Source of the DNA: Chloroflexota bacterium
GTDB taxonomy: Bacteria > Chloroflexota > UBA11872 > VXOZ01
NCBI GenBank assembly: GCA_965221905.1
Contig: OZ244922.1
Span: forward strand, 1,280,001 to 1,344,000
Direction: 5' to 3'
Length of the DNA: 64,000 bases
Part shown: piece after piece, positions 16,861 to 27,604 of the stretch
How the letters are laid out: every line of letters begins with the position of its first letter
How positions within the stretch are numbered: position 1 is the stretch's first letter
Translations under genes and position numbers: made by a program
Notes under the pieces: generated by a model
Databases searched by the model: none
Told to the model about the DNA's origin: nothing
The model's input: the letters and a program-made list of their open reading frames with translations, nothing else

Positions 16861-17892
16861 ATGAAAACTCGTACTTGGAAGACACTAGGCGGCATGATGG
16901 CGTTTATCCTTGCCATCATGCTTACCCTGACCGCGTGCAGCACGGCGCAGATGGAGGAAGAGGCCGATGACGCAGAGATGATGGATAAGCCTACCATCAT
17001 CTTTGCCGACCTAAGTTGGGATAGCGCGCAGATTCAGAACGCGGTAGCGCGGTATATCCTTGAGAATGGATACGGCTACGAGACCGACGCGGTCTTTGGC
17101 GACACCCTACCCTTGTTGGTCGCTCTCCGCGCCGGTGACATCAACGTCAACATGGAAATCTGGCTGCCAAATCAGGAAGAGCCCTTCTTGCTGGCGTTAA
17201 AAGAAGGCACAGTTGAAGTCGTGGGCAAGAGCCTGGAGGATAACTGGCAGTCGGCATTCATCATTCCGCAGTATACAGCGGACGAGAATCCGAACTTGCG
17301 GAAGGTGGAAGACCTTAGGGACCACATGGAGCTCTTCGTGACGCCGGATTCGAATGGCAAAGCGCGTCTCATTAACTGCCCTCCTGGCTGGGCGTGCGAG
17401 GGAGTGAATACAAGGCAGGTAGAATCCTACGGCCTTTCGGACGTGGTTGAATTGACCAATCCTGGCTCGGGTTCGGCTCTGCAAGCCGAGGTTCACGCGG
17501 CTTTCCTCAAGAAAGAGCCGGTGCTCTTCTACTATTGGGGTCCGACGACGTTTTCCTTCCAGATGGAAACCGAACTCGGCGGCTACTACTTTCTCGAAGA
17601 GCCGGAGTACAACGAGGAATGCTGGGCCAATAACAACGCTTGCGCATACCCCCTGGCTGAAGTTGTCATCGCTGTCCACACGGATATCAAAGAGAGCGCT
17701 CCCGATGTAATCGAAATGCTCGGGAAGTGGGACTGGAACTTCACCAATCAGCGCTCAGCCGAGACATACTTCGCGGAGACCGGTGCTGAGTACGCCGAAG
17801 TCGCCGTGTGGTGGCTGCAGAATAACGACTCTTGGCGCGAGTGGGTAACACCCGAAGCCGCGGAGAAGATCGCTGCTGCCCTCGCCGAGTAG
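16861..17892 (+). CDS. proX: Glycine betaine ABC transporter substrate-binding lipoprotein
   Basis: Lipobox LTAC, WDSA, EIWLPN, CPPGWAC, FYYWGP. Confidence 0.88.
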   Translation: MKTRTWKTLGGMMAFILAIMLTLTACSTAQMEEEADDAEMMDKPTIIFADLSWDSAQIQNAVARYILENGYGYETDAVFGDTLPLLVALRAGDINVNMEIWLPNQEEPFLLALKEGTVEVVGKSLEDNWQSAFIIPQYTADENPNLRKVEDLRDHMELFVTPDSNGKARLINCPPGWACEGVNTRQVESYGLSDVVELTNPGSGSALQAEVHAAFLKKEPVLFYYWGPTTFSFQMETELGGYYFLEEPEYNEECWANNNACAYPLAEVVIAVHTDIKESAPDVIEMLGKWDWNFTNQRSAETYFAETGAEYAEVAVWWLQNNDSWREWVTPEAAEKIAAALAE

Positions 17893-17979
17893 TAATGCCT
17901 GAGGTTAGTGTCACCGCTCCGCGTGAAAGTGGTTCGCCTCAAGATCGTGGAATGGGAACATCGGCCTAAAGCGATAGAC

Positions 17980-18010
17980 AAGAGGGGCGCACATTTGTGC
18001 GCCCCTCTTT
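17980..18010. terminator. Intrinsic terminator between convergent proX and sulfatase
   Basis: Strong hairpin AAGAGGGGCGCACA/TGTGCGCCCCTCTT followed by T. Confidence 0.7.
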
Positions 18011-18100
18011 GATTCCCGTCTTGCCACGGCAATTGCCGCGTCTTAGGCGGCCCCTCTGATTGACAGCGTGAAGAACTATTGGCCGTGACGCGCCACTTCT

Positions 18101-19510
18101 CTACCAGCGGCGTACCGGCTTTTCGCTATTGAGCAAGTGCTGGAGCAGCAAGTCTTCGTGCTGGCGGACGAGATCGCGGGCACCGGGGTCGCGGGCTAAG
18201 TTGCGCATTTCGAGTGGGTCCTCTTCCATGTCGTAAAGCTCTTGGCCGTCCTCGGTGTTCCAGAAGGCGTACTTATAGCGGTTCGTGGTGACTGACTTTC
18301 CGCGAATGACTTGGTTGTTGTCCTCGTACTCGCAGAGCGCGATGCCCGGGGCAACCGCAGTGCCCTCCACCACGGGCTTGAGGCTGGTAGCCTGCATTTC
18401 CTTTGGAATCTCTACGCCCGCATAGTCCAGGATGGTGGAGGCGACTTGGAACGTCTCGATGACGCCGTCTACGTGCGGCACCCGCGGCATGCTGCTGGGC
18501 GGCGCGACGATGAACGGCACGCGCGTAGAACCCTCCCAAAACGTCCCCTTGCCGCCCCGCGACCAGTCGCCCATGTGGTCGCCGTGGTCGCTGGTGAAGA
18601 TGATGAGGGTGTTGTCCGCCTTGCCGCACTCCTCTAAGGTTTGGAAGAGGCGCTCCATCATGTCGTCTATGTACGTGCAGAGTCCCCAGTAGTACGCCGT
18701 CACCCGACGGATCAGGCTGTCGTCCGGCTCTTTGGCGAAGCGGCCGCCCTTATTCTGCAGATGCTTGGGCTTGTCACTGTCGTCCGCGAGATACGTCGGT
18801 GAGATGTCCACGTATTCCGATGGATACATGCTGTCATACGGCTGTGGGGGGTCGAAGGGGCCGTGGGGCCCGCAAATCCCGCACCACGCGAAAAAGGGTT
18901 GATCGCGGTCGCGAGCCACAAACTCCCGCGTATTCTCCGTAATCCAGGTATCGATGTACTCTTCCAGCGGCAGCACGTTGGTGATCGCGGTCATGTACTT
19001 GCGGTATTCCGGTTCGCGGCGTTGCTCGTAAATGCGCTCGTAGCCGCCGGGACGCACGGAATCCAGCCAGCGCGCGTACACGGGGCCTAATGGGCCGGGG
19101 CCAAGCGGCGAGCCATACGATTGCGTCCAACGTGAACCCTTGCCGCCGGTAAGTTGCGTCTCGTTGAAGCCCTTTGGCGGCATCATGTGAATCTTGCCGA
19201 AAGCGGCGGTTACATAACCCGCGTCCTGCAGGTGCTCCATGAAGGTACGCTCCCAGGGCGGGAGGCCGGGCGTGCTATCTACGGCCGCCTCCATGTAGGA
19301 GACGCCGTGCTGATGGGTGTAGCGCCCGGTCTGGAGGCAGGCGCGCGCGGGAATACAGACCGGATTCTGGTTGTAGGCTTTGGCAAAGAGGGTTCCCTTG
19401 GCTGCAAGAGCGTCCAGAGTGGGTGTCTTGACCTTCTGGTTGCCGTAGCAGCCCAGCGTGTCCCATCGCTGTTCGTCGGTCGTAATCAGAATGATGTTCG
19501 GACGATCCAT
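18101..19510 (-). CDS. Formylglycine-dependent sulfatase
   Basis: PNIILITTDEQR, CIPAR (CxPxR), GKIH, PHGP, FTSDHGD, ELYD...DPLE. Start set at MDRPNII. Confidence 0.92.
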   Translation of the reverse strand: MDRPNIILITTDEQRWDTLGCYGNQKVKTPTLDALAAKGTLFAKAYNQNPVCIPARACLQTGRYTHQHGVSYMEAAVDSTPGLPPWERTFMEHLQDAGYVTAAFGKIHMMPPKGFNETQLTGGKGSRWTQSYGSPLGPGPLGPVYARWLDSVRPGGYERIYEQRREPEYRKYMTAITNVLPLEEYIDTWITENTREFVARDRDQPFFAWCGICGPHGPFDPPQPYDSMYPSEYVDISPTYLADDSDKPKHLQNKGGRFAKEPDDSLIRRVTAYYWGLCTYIDDMMERLFQTLEECGKADNTLIIFTSDHGDHMGDWSRGGKGTFWEGSTRVPFIVAPPSSMPRVPHVDGVIETFQVASTILDYAGVEIPKEMQATSLKPVVEGTAVAPGIALCEYEDNNQVIRGKSVTTNRYKYAFWNTEDGQELYDMEEDPLEMRNLARDPGARDLVRQHEDLLLQHLLNSEKPVRRW

Positions 19511-19683
19511 GTGCTTCTGCTCCCTGCTGTTTTCACTTATCGCCGGTGCCTGCCATGTAAATTCTGTGGTGGTCTCCGGAGACCGTCGACGTGCCCGAAA
19601 GCCCGTCTGCCTATTGTAGCATTGCAATGAAAGCTGGCAGGCACACAGCTATCGCTAGCTTCCGATTGGACGCAATGCAGGAC

Positions 19684-20532
19684 CTATAGACCTGCCTCTT
19701 GTGCAAGCTTTTTCGTGTATTGCAGGTCCTGCTTTACTTGGGCGAGCAACTCGGTTTGGCCCATGTCTTTGAAACTGTTGGCCCCTCGATACTCAGCTTG
19801 AAACGAGGCGTAACCAGCGTACCCGATTTGCTTCAGGTACCCAAAGGCTTCGGGAAACGGCACGAACCCACGGTCAAACGGCACGACCTTGGTCTGCCAA
19901 CGCGCGGCGCCAGTCTCCGGGTCTTCTATGCGAAACTGGGCGACGTTCTCGAGGGCAAGCATTGCTATGCGGTCCGCAAGCAGGTCTAGGCCGTGAATCC
20001 AGCCGCCGAAACTACCTTCGATGCCCATGTGCCCGAGATCGGGATAGTAGCATAGGGCAGCGGGATCGAAGTCTTCCAGGAGCAGCGAGACCACGTGGGT
20101 GGTGGCAGAGAGTGTTGGCCCATAGTGCGCGTGGACACCGGCCTGCATGCCGTACTTGTGGCAGAGCCGCTCGATGCCGTGCAACTTTTCCCGTGCCTCG
20201 TCGATCTGGCGGCGCATTGCGCCAAAACCGGCGTAGCGATAATAACCCAGCTTGAACTGTTTGATGCCCTGGTCGGAGGCGGTAGCAATGATCTCTTCAG
20301 CGTGAGGCGAATCCGCGCTCTCGATGGCCGTTGTCAACCAGCCGATTTCCAAGCCCCGGCTGCGCATGGCCTGCGACGCCTTGGGCAGATCGGTCTTCAC
20401 GCGCTCCGGCAAGACATGACCGGGCGAACGCACCGTGAGGTCGACGCCATCCATGCCCAGGTCGGCTACGGTGTCGGCGAGCTCAGCGTAGGAGAGGTTT
20501 TCTAGGAGTTTTGAGAGCATCAGGTATTTCAT
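19684..20532 (-). CDS. Sugar phosphate isomerase/epimerase (xylose-isomerase-like TIM barrel)
   Basis: DGVDLTVRSPGHV, DLGH, G.VPF...F..LKQIGYAG. Confidence 0.8.
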   Translation of the reverse strand: MKYLMLSKLLENLSYAELADTVADLGMDGVDLTVRSPGHVLPERVKTDLPKASQAMRSRGLEIGWLTTAIESADSPHAEEIIATASDQGIKQFKLGYYRYAGFGAMRRQIDEAREKLHGIERLCHKYGMQAGVHAHYGPTLSATTHVVSLLLEDFDPAALCYYPDLGHMGIEGSFGGWIHGLDLLADRIAMLALENVAQFRIEDPETGAARWQTKVVPFDRGFVPFPEAFGYLKQIGYAGYASFQAEYRGANSFKDMGQTELLAQVKQDLQYTKKLAQEAGL

Positions 20533-20685
20533 GGCTTCTTCTCTCCTCAATAAGAACGGCTGGCCACGTACAAAATTACGTGGATTTTATTAACTATTGC
20601 TGCCATGCAGCGGGCCGGCACGTAGACAGTAATGCCTGCGCTCGCGGAAGTCTATCTTTGCCCCACAAAGCGGACACCATACAGA

Positions 20686-20709
20686 GCGGGGGACAAGCCC
20701 CCGCGCTAC
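20686..20709 (-). repeat. GTAG-type REP (GTAGCGCGGGGGCTTGTCCCCCGC)
   Basis: Hairpin GCGGGGG/CCCCCGC with a GTAG foot. Second copy at 25764-25787. Confidence 0.7.
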
Positions 20710-20772
20710 GTTATCTGCCTGTGGGTGTACTAGGCAATCCTGCTTGAGAGAAAATATGCGCCGGACAGACGT

Positions 20773-21597
20773 TTACCGCCGCGTGGAGAGCAAACGCTGC
20801 ATGGTGCCGCCGAGAATCTGCTTCTTCTCGTCGTCGGTGATGGGAGCCAGGAGGATGCGTCCGATCTGGTGTGTGGGACACATCCAGGGGAAGTCGTCTC
20901 CGAAAAGAATGCGACCAGCCCCTACTGTATTCACCAACTGAGCAAACGCGCCATATGGCGCAACTGAGCCGGCCGTGTCCAGGTAGACGTTCGGTTCTTC
21001 TAACGCGACTTGGTTGATGGCATCTCCTCGCGTGCGCCTGCCTCCCGCTCCAGCGTGGGCCACGATGAAGTGGGCGTTGGGATACGCGCGCGCCGTGCGG
21101 CGCAGCACGTCAGGTGAGTCCACGCCGTGGCTGATTAGCGGGAGGCGGTGTTTGTCTGCCAGCTCAAAGGCCGGGACATACGCCGGCCCGGCAAAAGGAT
21201 ACTCATGTATCCCGGTATGAAACTTGATGCCCCGCACACCGGCGTCGACGCAGCGCTGCATTTCGTCGCGCACCTGGCGGGCAAGGTTAGGGTCGGGAAC
21301 GGCGTAGGCCAGCAGACGGCCAGGGTGCTGCTGTGCCGCTTCCAGGTTCTTGTCGTTGCCGGTGCGCATGTCGGCCGTAATCGCCAGGCTTGAAAAAACG
21401 CATGACTGATCGATACCCACACGGTCCATGGTCCGCACAAGGGAATCTGCATCCGGTGCGGGCTGGGCGAATCCGTAGTACAAGCCGAGGTGACTGTGGT
21501 TGTTCACTATGAACGTGTCGGTGAGCGGTACGCCGCGCAGGGCGGCCTCGCGCAGTGTCATGTTTGTACTCTCAGTTGCTGATGCTGTCTGTGTCAT
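20773..21597 (-). CDS. Amidohydrolase family protein
   Basis: HSHLG, GIKFH, ISHG, AHAG, YLDTAG, LFGDDFP. Confidence 0.88.
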   Translation of the reverse strand: MTQTASATESTNMTLREAALRGVPLTDTFIVNNHSHLGLYYGFAQPAPDADSLVRTMDRVGIDQSCVFSSLAITADMRTGNDKNLEAAQQHPGRLLAYAVPDPNLARQVRDEMQRCVDAGVRGIKFHTGIHEYPFAGPAYVPAFELADKHRLPLISHGVDSPDVLRRTARAYPNAHFIVAHAGAGGRRTRGDAINQVALEEPNVYLDTAGSVAPYGAFAQLVNTVGAGRILFGDDFPWMCPTHQIGRILLAPITDDEKKQILGGTMQRLLSTRR

Positions 21598-21724
21598 GTC
21601 TTCACGTCTTTCTAGCTGTTGAGTTAGGTAACCAAGTCTTTCATGTTACAAATTGAGGGCCTCGTTGCAGCCGTGATTCGCGCATCCGTTCATCCTTCGA
21701 CAGGCTCAGAAACTGTCTTGGGTG

Positions 21725-22845
<1,121 letters not shown>

Positions 22846-22888
22846 TTTTCCAAGATATAAGGACGAACGGATGCTAATTGTATGGCGG

Positions 22889-23662
22889 TTAGACGACACA
22901 GTTATCAATCAAGCGCTGCAGGCTGCCAGCGGCAACGGTATCGCGCTCCTCGACAGAGAAGCTGGCGTAGGTAAGCCCGGTAATGGCCATGCCCGGGTCC
23001 CAAACTGGCAGGCCGGTGCCAAAGATCAAGCGTTCCGCACCCCAGCGACCGGCGATGAGGGCGATGGCATCGTGACCCTGCATATAGGAGGTCTCCAGAT
23101 ATAAGTTGGGATAGCGCTCCATAAGCGTAAAGAGCGTGCGAAAGTTCGCTGGCGGCTCACGTAAGAGAACGAGGGGCAGCGTAGGATACGTGCGGCAGGC
23201 CCACTCGATGAAAGCCCATGGACGCGGCTCGCTCCAATGACGGATGTTTGAGTCTAGAAACAGCGGTACCCGACGTTCGGCCAAGGCTTCGAGCAGTGTA
23301 TCCAATTCCCAGGGCTCCAGCGTAAGCCGGTTGATTCCCGTGCAGAGACGCGCTGCCCGCGCGCCGGATTCCAGCAACTGGGCGACTTGCTCGCGCTCCG
23401 GCGGCATCTCCCCGGCGATGGACGGCATGACGACCCAGCACGGCGCGAGCCGGTCTACACCCTTGGTTTCTTCGATCACGAGCCGGTTGCCTACGGCAGG
23501 ATGCTGCCACTTGGCGAGGCCGTGGGTGACGAGCGCGCGGCTGATGCCGTTTTCGTCCAGCACGTCCAGCAAGCGCGGAACGTCGTCGGGCGTGTCGTCG
23601 TGGCGGAGGAAAGTTGGCCCGAGAAAGACATTGGCGTCAAAGAGGGGCGGAAATTCTCGCAT
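22889..23662 (-). CDS. Amidohydrolase-fold protein with degenerate metal ligands
   Basis: DANVFLG in place of DxHxH, NLYLETS, RLIFGTGLP. Start set at MREFPP after GGAGG. Confidence 0.78.
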   Translation of the reverse strand: MREFPPLFDANVFLGPTFLRHDDTPDDVPRLLDVLDENGISRALVTHGLAKWQHPAVGNRLVIEETKGVDRLAPCWVVMPSIAGEMPPEREQVAQLLESGARAARLCTGINRLTLEPWELDTLLEALAERRVPLFLDSNIRHWSEPRPWAFIEWACRTYPTLPLVLLREPPANFRTLFTLMERYPNLYLETSYMQGHDAIALIAGRWGAERLIFGTGLPVWDPGMAITGLTYASFSVEERDTVAAGSLQRLIDNCVV

Positions 23663-23996
23663 GGGAGCCTCCATCCTATAACTTAGTTTTCTGCGTGGCG
23701 CGTGTTTCCCCTGATTATACAAGAGTGCAGCGCGAACATACTCTTCCCGATGATCGGCAATGTTGACTTGCTCGCAATACAGCTTGTCGCTGCCAGAGCG
23801 ATGAGCGCTGTTTTGTCGTAGGTAGCAGCGGCTAATCGTGACCAAAGTGATTACTCGTTCTCGTTCGATGCTGATAAGGGAGTCATTTACCGGCGACTGC
23901 CACGGCCACGCCTTTCGACACGCATAGTCAATCGTGTGTATCCTAATTGCACATGATGAAACACAAGAGATACTCCGATGCAACGAGGTGAACGAC

Positions 23997-25367
23997 ATGC
24001 CTGTAACAAGCGACAGCCGCGGCCAACACTTCCAGGTGGGGACGGCTCGCGTGAAGATTACGCCTGCGATAGGCATGCCCTACTTAGGGTACGGCTGGGA
24101 CCGGCAGGACCCATTTCTGGGTGTCAATGACGATCTGTGGGCCAAGGCGCTCGTGATTGACGACGGTGAACGGGTGGCGGCGCTCATTGCCTGCGACATG
24201 ATCGGGTTTCCGCCCGCGGCCTTTGCCGCCGCGGTGCGTGAGCAGGTGGCGATGCATACCGCCATCCCCGGCGAGCACGTGATGCTCAGCGCCAGCCACA
24301 CCCACAGCAGTCACGCCTCCATTGACCTCTCCACTCTCGATCTGGAATGGCCGTGGGTGCAAGACCTCATACAAAGCCTGGCGGGGACAGCGATTGCCGC
24401 GTGGCAGCGGCGGGAGCCGGCTTCCATCAAAGTGTCATCGGGTGATATCCACGGCATTTCGGAAAACCGCAGGGTCGTGCGGAGCGATGGCAAAGTCTAT
24501 CGCAATTGGGACCGAACCGCATCCGGTCAGGTGGTGCGTCGCGGCCCGATTGACCCCGAGGTGGGCGTGCTGCTGGCTCAGCGTCCGAACGGCACTCCGT
24601 TGGCCGTGCTCTGCAACTTTACGGCTCACCCCATTTGCGCCATGAGCCAGGCGCTCGTGTCGGCGGACTTTCCGGGCTTTGCGACGGCTGCGGTGGAGGC
24701 TGTCTTGGGGCCGGGCGTGACGGCGTTGTTTACGCAAGGCGCGTGCGGCGACGTCAATCCGCCGGTGGTGCGGCGCAACGTGCGCGATGCGCGCGAGATC
24801 GGGTTGCAGCTTGCCGGTGAGGTGCTGCGCGTGGCGGGGTCATTGTTACCGGAGGAAGTATCGCCCGTTGAACGGCGCGTTCAGATTGCTTCTAAGTACG
24901 TGAGTTGGGCCTACCGTACGGATTTGCCTCCGCAAGACGAGGCAGCGCGCGCCTATGCCGCAGCGACGGCTGAGATTGAGCAACTGAGGCGTGATGGCGC
25001 AGCGGAAGCAGACATTCGCAGGAAAGCGAATGAGCACCGCTTGGTGCGGGAGCGGTACATGCTTACCCGCAACGAGGCCCGCCGAGAAGAGGGCGAGATT
25101 CAGCTCTTGGCGATCGGGGATAGTGCGTGGGTGGGAGTGCCCGGTGAGTTGTTTTGCCAGATTGGGCTCGACATAAAGGAACAATCACCCTTTGCCCACA
25201 CGTATGTCGTAGGCTACGCGAATTGCTACCAGGGATACTTCCCAACGCCAATTGCCTACGAGGAAGGCGGCTACGAGGTTAACATGGGCCGTTGGAGTCG
25301 CTTCACCGCCGCCGCAGGGGAGAGCGTGCAGGAGACCGCACTGGACCTTTTACATAAGATTGGCTAA
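23997..25367 (+). CDS. Neutral/alkaline ceramidase N-terminal-domain family protein
   Basis: DDLWAKALVI, SASHTHS, GPIDP, NFTAHP, SADFPG, QGACGDVNP, PGELF, GYANCYQGY...YEEGGYE. Confidence 0.82.
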   Translation: MPVTSDSRGQHFQVGTARVKITPAIGMPYLGYGWDRQDPFLGVNDDLWAKALVIDDGERVAALIACDMIGFPPAAFAAAVREQVAMHTAIPGEHVMLSASHTHSSHASIDLSTLDLEWPWVQDLIQSLAGTAIAAWQRREPASIKVSSGDIHGISENRRVVRSDGKVYRNWDRTASGQVVRRGPIDPEVGVLLAQRPNGTPLAVLCNFTAHPICAMSQALVSADFPGFATAAVEAVLGPGVTALFTQGACGDVNPPVVRRNVRDAREIGLQLAGEVLRVAGSLLPEEVSPVERRVQIASKYVSWAYRTDLPPQDEAARAYAAATAEIEQLRRDGAAEADIRRKANEHRLVRERYMLTRNEARREEGEIQLLAIGDSAWVGVPGELFCQIGLDIKEQSPFAHTYVVGYANCYQGYFPTPIAYEEGGYEVNMGRWSRFTAAAGESVQETALDLLHKIG

Positions 25368-25415
25368 TTGCTGTTGCCCTACATTCTGGGCCAAGTTGGC
25401 ACTTAATGTCATTCC

Positions 25416-25709
25416 TGTAAGAGTTAAATAATTCGTTGACAGTTTCATCAGTCCAATTGAATCCATGACAAGTAGAAGACGTTCAACTCCGTCATTCCGG
25501 CGCAAGCCGGAATCCATCTTCGCTGCACCCCCTGGACTCCGGCTTTCGCCGGAGTGACTATTCTCGTGTCGTCTGCGATATTAGTCTTTGATGCATGAGC
25601 TGTCATTGCTCGTGATGCAGCAACCCAATGTGTATGGCAGCCGATACGAGGGCATCATCTCTGGTTGTTTTATGTTCTCATTCTGTCAACGAAATACCTG
25701 AAACTTACA
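25416..25709. mobile_element. 294-bp non-autonomous MITE with 27-bp imperfect TIRs and 5-bp target duplication
   Basis: Left end TGTAAGAGTTAAATAATTCGTTGACAG versus right end (reverse complement) TGTAAGTTTCAGGTATTTCGTTGACAG, 21/27 identical. ATTCC directly repeated at 25411-15 and 25710-14. Confidence 0.8.
25485..25558. repeat. Inverted pair of family-B REPs (REPIN-like) inside the MITE
   Basis: GTCATTCCGGCGCAAGCCGGAATCCA...TGGACTCCGGCTTTCGCCGGAGTGAC. Confidence 0.8.
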
Positions 25710-25763
25710 ATTCCCGCGCACGCGAGAATCCATCCGCTCTGTGCTGCGCGCGCACCGACTCAA

Positions 25764-25787
25764 GCGGGAGACAAGCCCCCGCGCTAC
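25764..25787 (-). repeat. GTAG-type REP (second copy)
   Basis: GCGGGAGACAAGCCCCCGCGCTAC, one mismatch to 20686-20709. Confidence 0.7.
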
Positions 25788-25836
25788 GCTTACGCTGAGG
25801 TTTTGAGGAGCCTTGCGGCAAGAAGCGGCCCTAATC

Positions 25837-26262
25837 CTATCCCACGTCTAGCTCGGTGAGAATAGTTGGGCCGCCTGCAAGCGTACGATGTACAGGGCAG
25901 CGTTCGGCAATCTGCAAGAGCCGCTTGCTCTGGGCTTCGTCGAGCACGCCGGTGACTGTGATGTAGCGCCGAATGAGGTCGATCCTGGACCCGCTCTGTT
26001 GCTCGCACTCCGCGCAGTCGCGGGCGTGCACGCGCTCGTGACTGAGTTCTACCCGCACCGCCTGCAAGTTCCACTCTTTCCTGTCGGCATACAGCCGCAG
26101 CGTCATCGCCGTTCAGGTACCCAGCGCGGCCAGCAGGAATTCATAGGGGTTGGGCCCGAGATTTTCGCCCTCAGGCGCGGGCTCGTCCGCAATTAGGGCG
26201 TGAGAATCGGTGACGACGACGTGTTGCAGTCGTTCGAGACTCTTGATTGCTACCGTCTGCAT
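25837..26262 (-). CDS. OsmC/Ohr-family selenoprotein (two ORF-track fragments joined through an in-frame UGA)
   Basis: MQTVAIK...ADEP...GPNPYEFLLAALGT(U)TAMTLRLYA...ERCPVHRTL. The TGA at 26115-26113 sits at the conserved catalytic Cys position. GGAGG RBS; downstream hairpin CGGC-TGTAT-GCCG. Confidence 0.85.
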
Positions 26263-26335
26263 GGCATATCCTCCTGATCTACATCTGTCTCCGTGTCGTT
26301 GGGCCTTGGGAGCAAGATTAGGAGGTGCGCGAGGC

Positions 26336-27604
26336 TCACATGGCGGACATGAGCTTTGAGCCGAACTCCTCAGGGTCGCTTCGTTCAATTACCAGGTCTG
26401 TCGCGTCATGGAACCGCATGAAATCGCGCATGGCTCGGGCAACCGACGCCGCAAGCCGATCGCTCGGCTTTACGCCTGGTTCGAGATAGACCGCCTTTAG
26501 CCGGAGCAGTCCGGTCTTTCGTTCAACCTTTGGATCGAAGCGGCCGACCAGCCGCCTCTTGTTCAAGATTGGCAGGCAGAAGTACCCCCATTTTCGCTCT
26601 GGCTCAGGCACGTAGCATTCCAACTTCTGATGAAAGTTCCACATGGCGCGGTCGCGTCCTCTGGCCCAAAAGAGACTGTCGAATGGATTGAGAAACGTCG
26701 TCCGGCGAACGCGGAGTGCGCCATCCGCCGCAGCATCTAGCAGCGGCAGGTGTTCACGGTGCACCAGGAGTTCGTGCGTTTCCCCATCTGCAAGTTGGGC
26801 TTGGATGGTGACAAACGTGCCGTCCGCGATCAGCGCCGCCACCAGTGGTTTTGCTACGGTAGACTTCAGCTTGAGGTAGTTGCCGACTTGGCCCGGCGCG
26901 CAGACGCCGAATGCCCGCATGGAAATTTCCAGCAAGTGCTTTAGGGCCTCTTCTTCGGGCGGCTCTTCTCGTTCAACCCAGGATGGCAGCACGCGCTCAC
27001 GGATGTCGTAGATGCGCTGGAAATTCACGCGGTTGGAAATAGCGAGTTCGCCAGTATTGTAGAGGTGTTCCAGGACAACCTTCGCGTCATCCCAGTTCCA
27101 CCATGAACCGGGCGCTCGCTTGCCGGTGCGAAAGTCCGCCGGTCGGGAGCCCCCGCGGTCCCGCACTGCTTCGTAGATGTTTTCGACCAACTGCTGTTTC
27201 TCAGGGTTTACCACCCAATTCCTATACCACTTGTTGTTGCCCGGCCTGTGACTGCGCATGCGCGGCAGAAAATACGGATAGAGGGTCAATGGGATGATGC
27301 AGGCCGCATGCGCCCAGTACTCGAACAGGCGACGGTTGTTGTCGGGCGACGTGTTGCCGTCATCGAAAAGCAGCTTATCGAGCAGCGAGGTGTCGTAGCT
27401 GCCCAGCCTGCTCCAGAGCGTGATGTATTGTGCTCGGTTGACGACTTGCAGCGTGTCGATCTGTACCCAGCCCACACGCTCTATCGCCGCGTAGACATCC
27501 TCGATTCCCGGTCGGCGGCCTCCGCTCAGCGGCTGGTTCAGTCCTTGGGCATGCAGTGCGAGCGTAAGAACTGCATACAGCGGGTAGGGCGACCGCGCAC
27601 TCAT
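26336..27604 (-). CDS. YcaQ/AlkZ-like winged-helix DNA crosslink glycosylase
   Basis: VQIDTLQVV (QxD), LFEYWAH, PFDSL, ECYVPEPERKWGYF. Confidence 0.88.
   Translation of the reverse strand: MSARSPYPLYAVLTLALHAQGLNQPLSGGRRPGIEDVYAAIERVGWVQIDTLQVVNRAQYITLWSRLGSYDTSLLDKLLFDDGNTSPDNNRRLFEYWAHAACIIPLTLYPYFLPRMRSHRPGNNKWYRNWVVNPEKQQLVENIYEAVRDRGGSRPADFRTGKRAPGSWWNWDDAKVVLEHLYNTGELAISNRVNFQRIYDIRERVLPSWVEREEPPEEEALKHLLEISMRAFGVCAPGQVGNYLKLKSTVAKPLVAALIADGTFVTIQAQLADGETHELLVHREHLPLLDAAADGALRVRRTTFLNPFDSLFWARGRDRAMWNFHQKLECYVPEPERKWGYFCLPILNKRRLVGRFDPKVERKTGLLRLKAVYLEPGVKPSDRLAASVARAMRDFMRFHDATDLVIERSDPEEFGSKLMSAM

Noticed and set aside
26113-26115. OsmC as a nonsense pseudogene
   Set aside because: The stop is UGA exactly at the catalytic Cys with both halves intact, so selenocysteine is more parsimonious.
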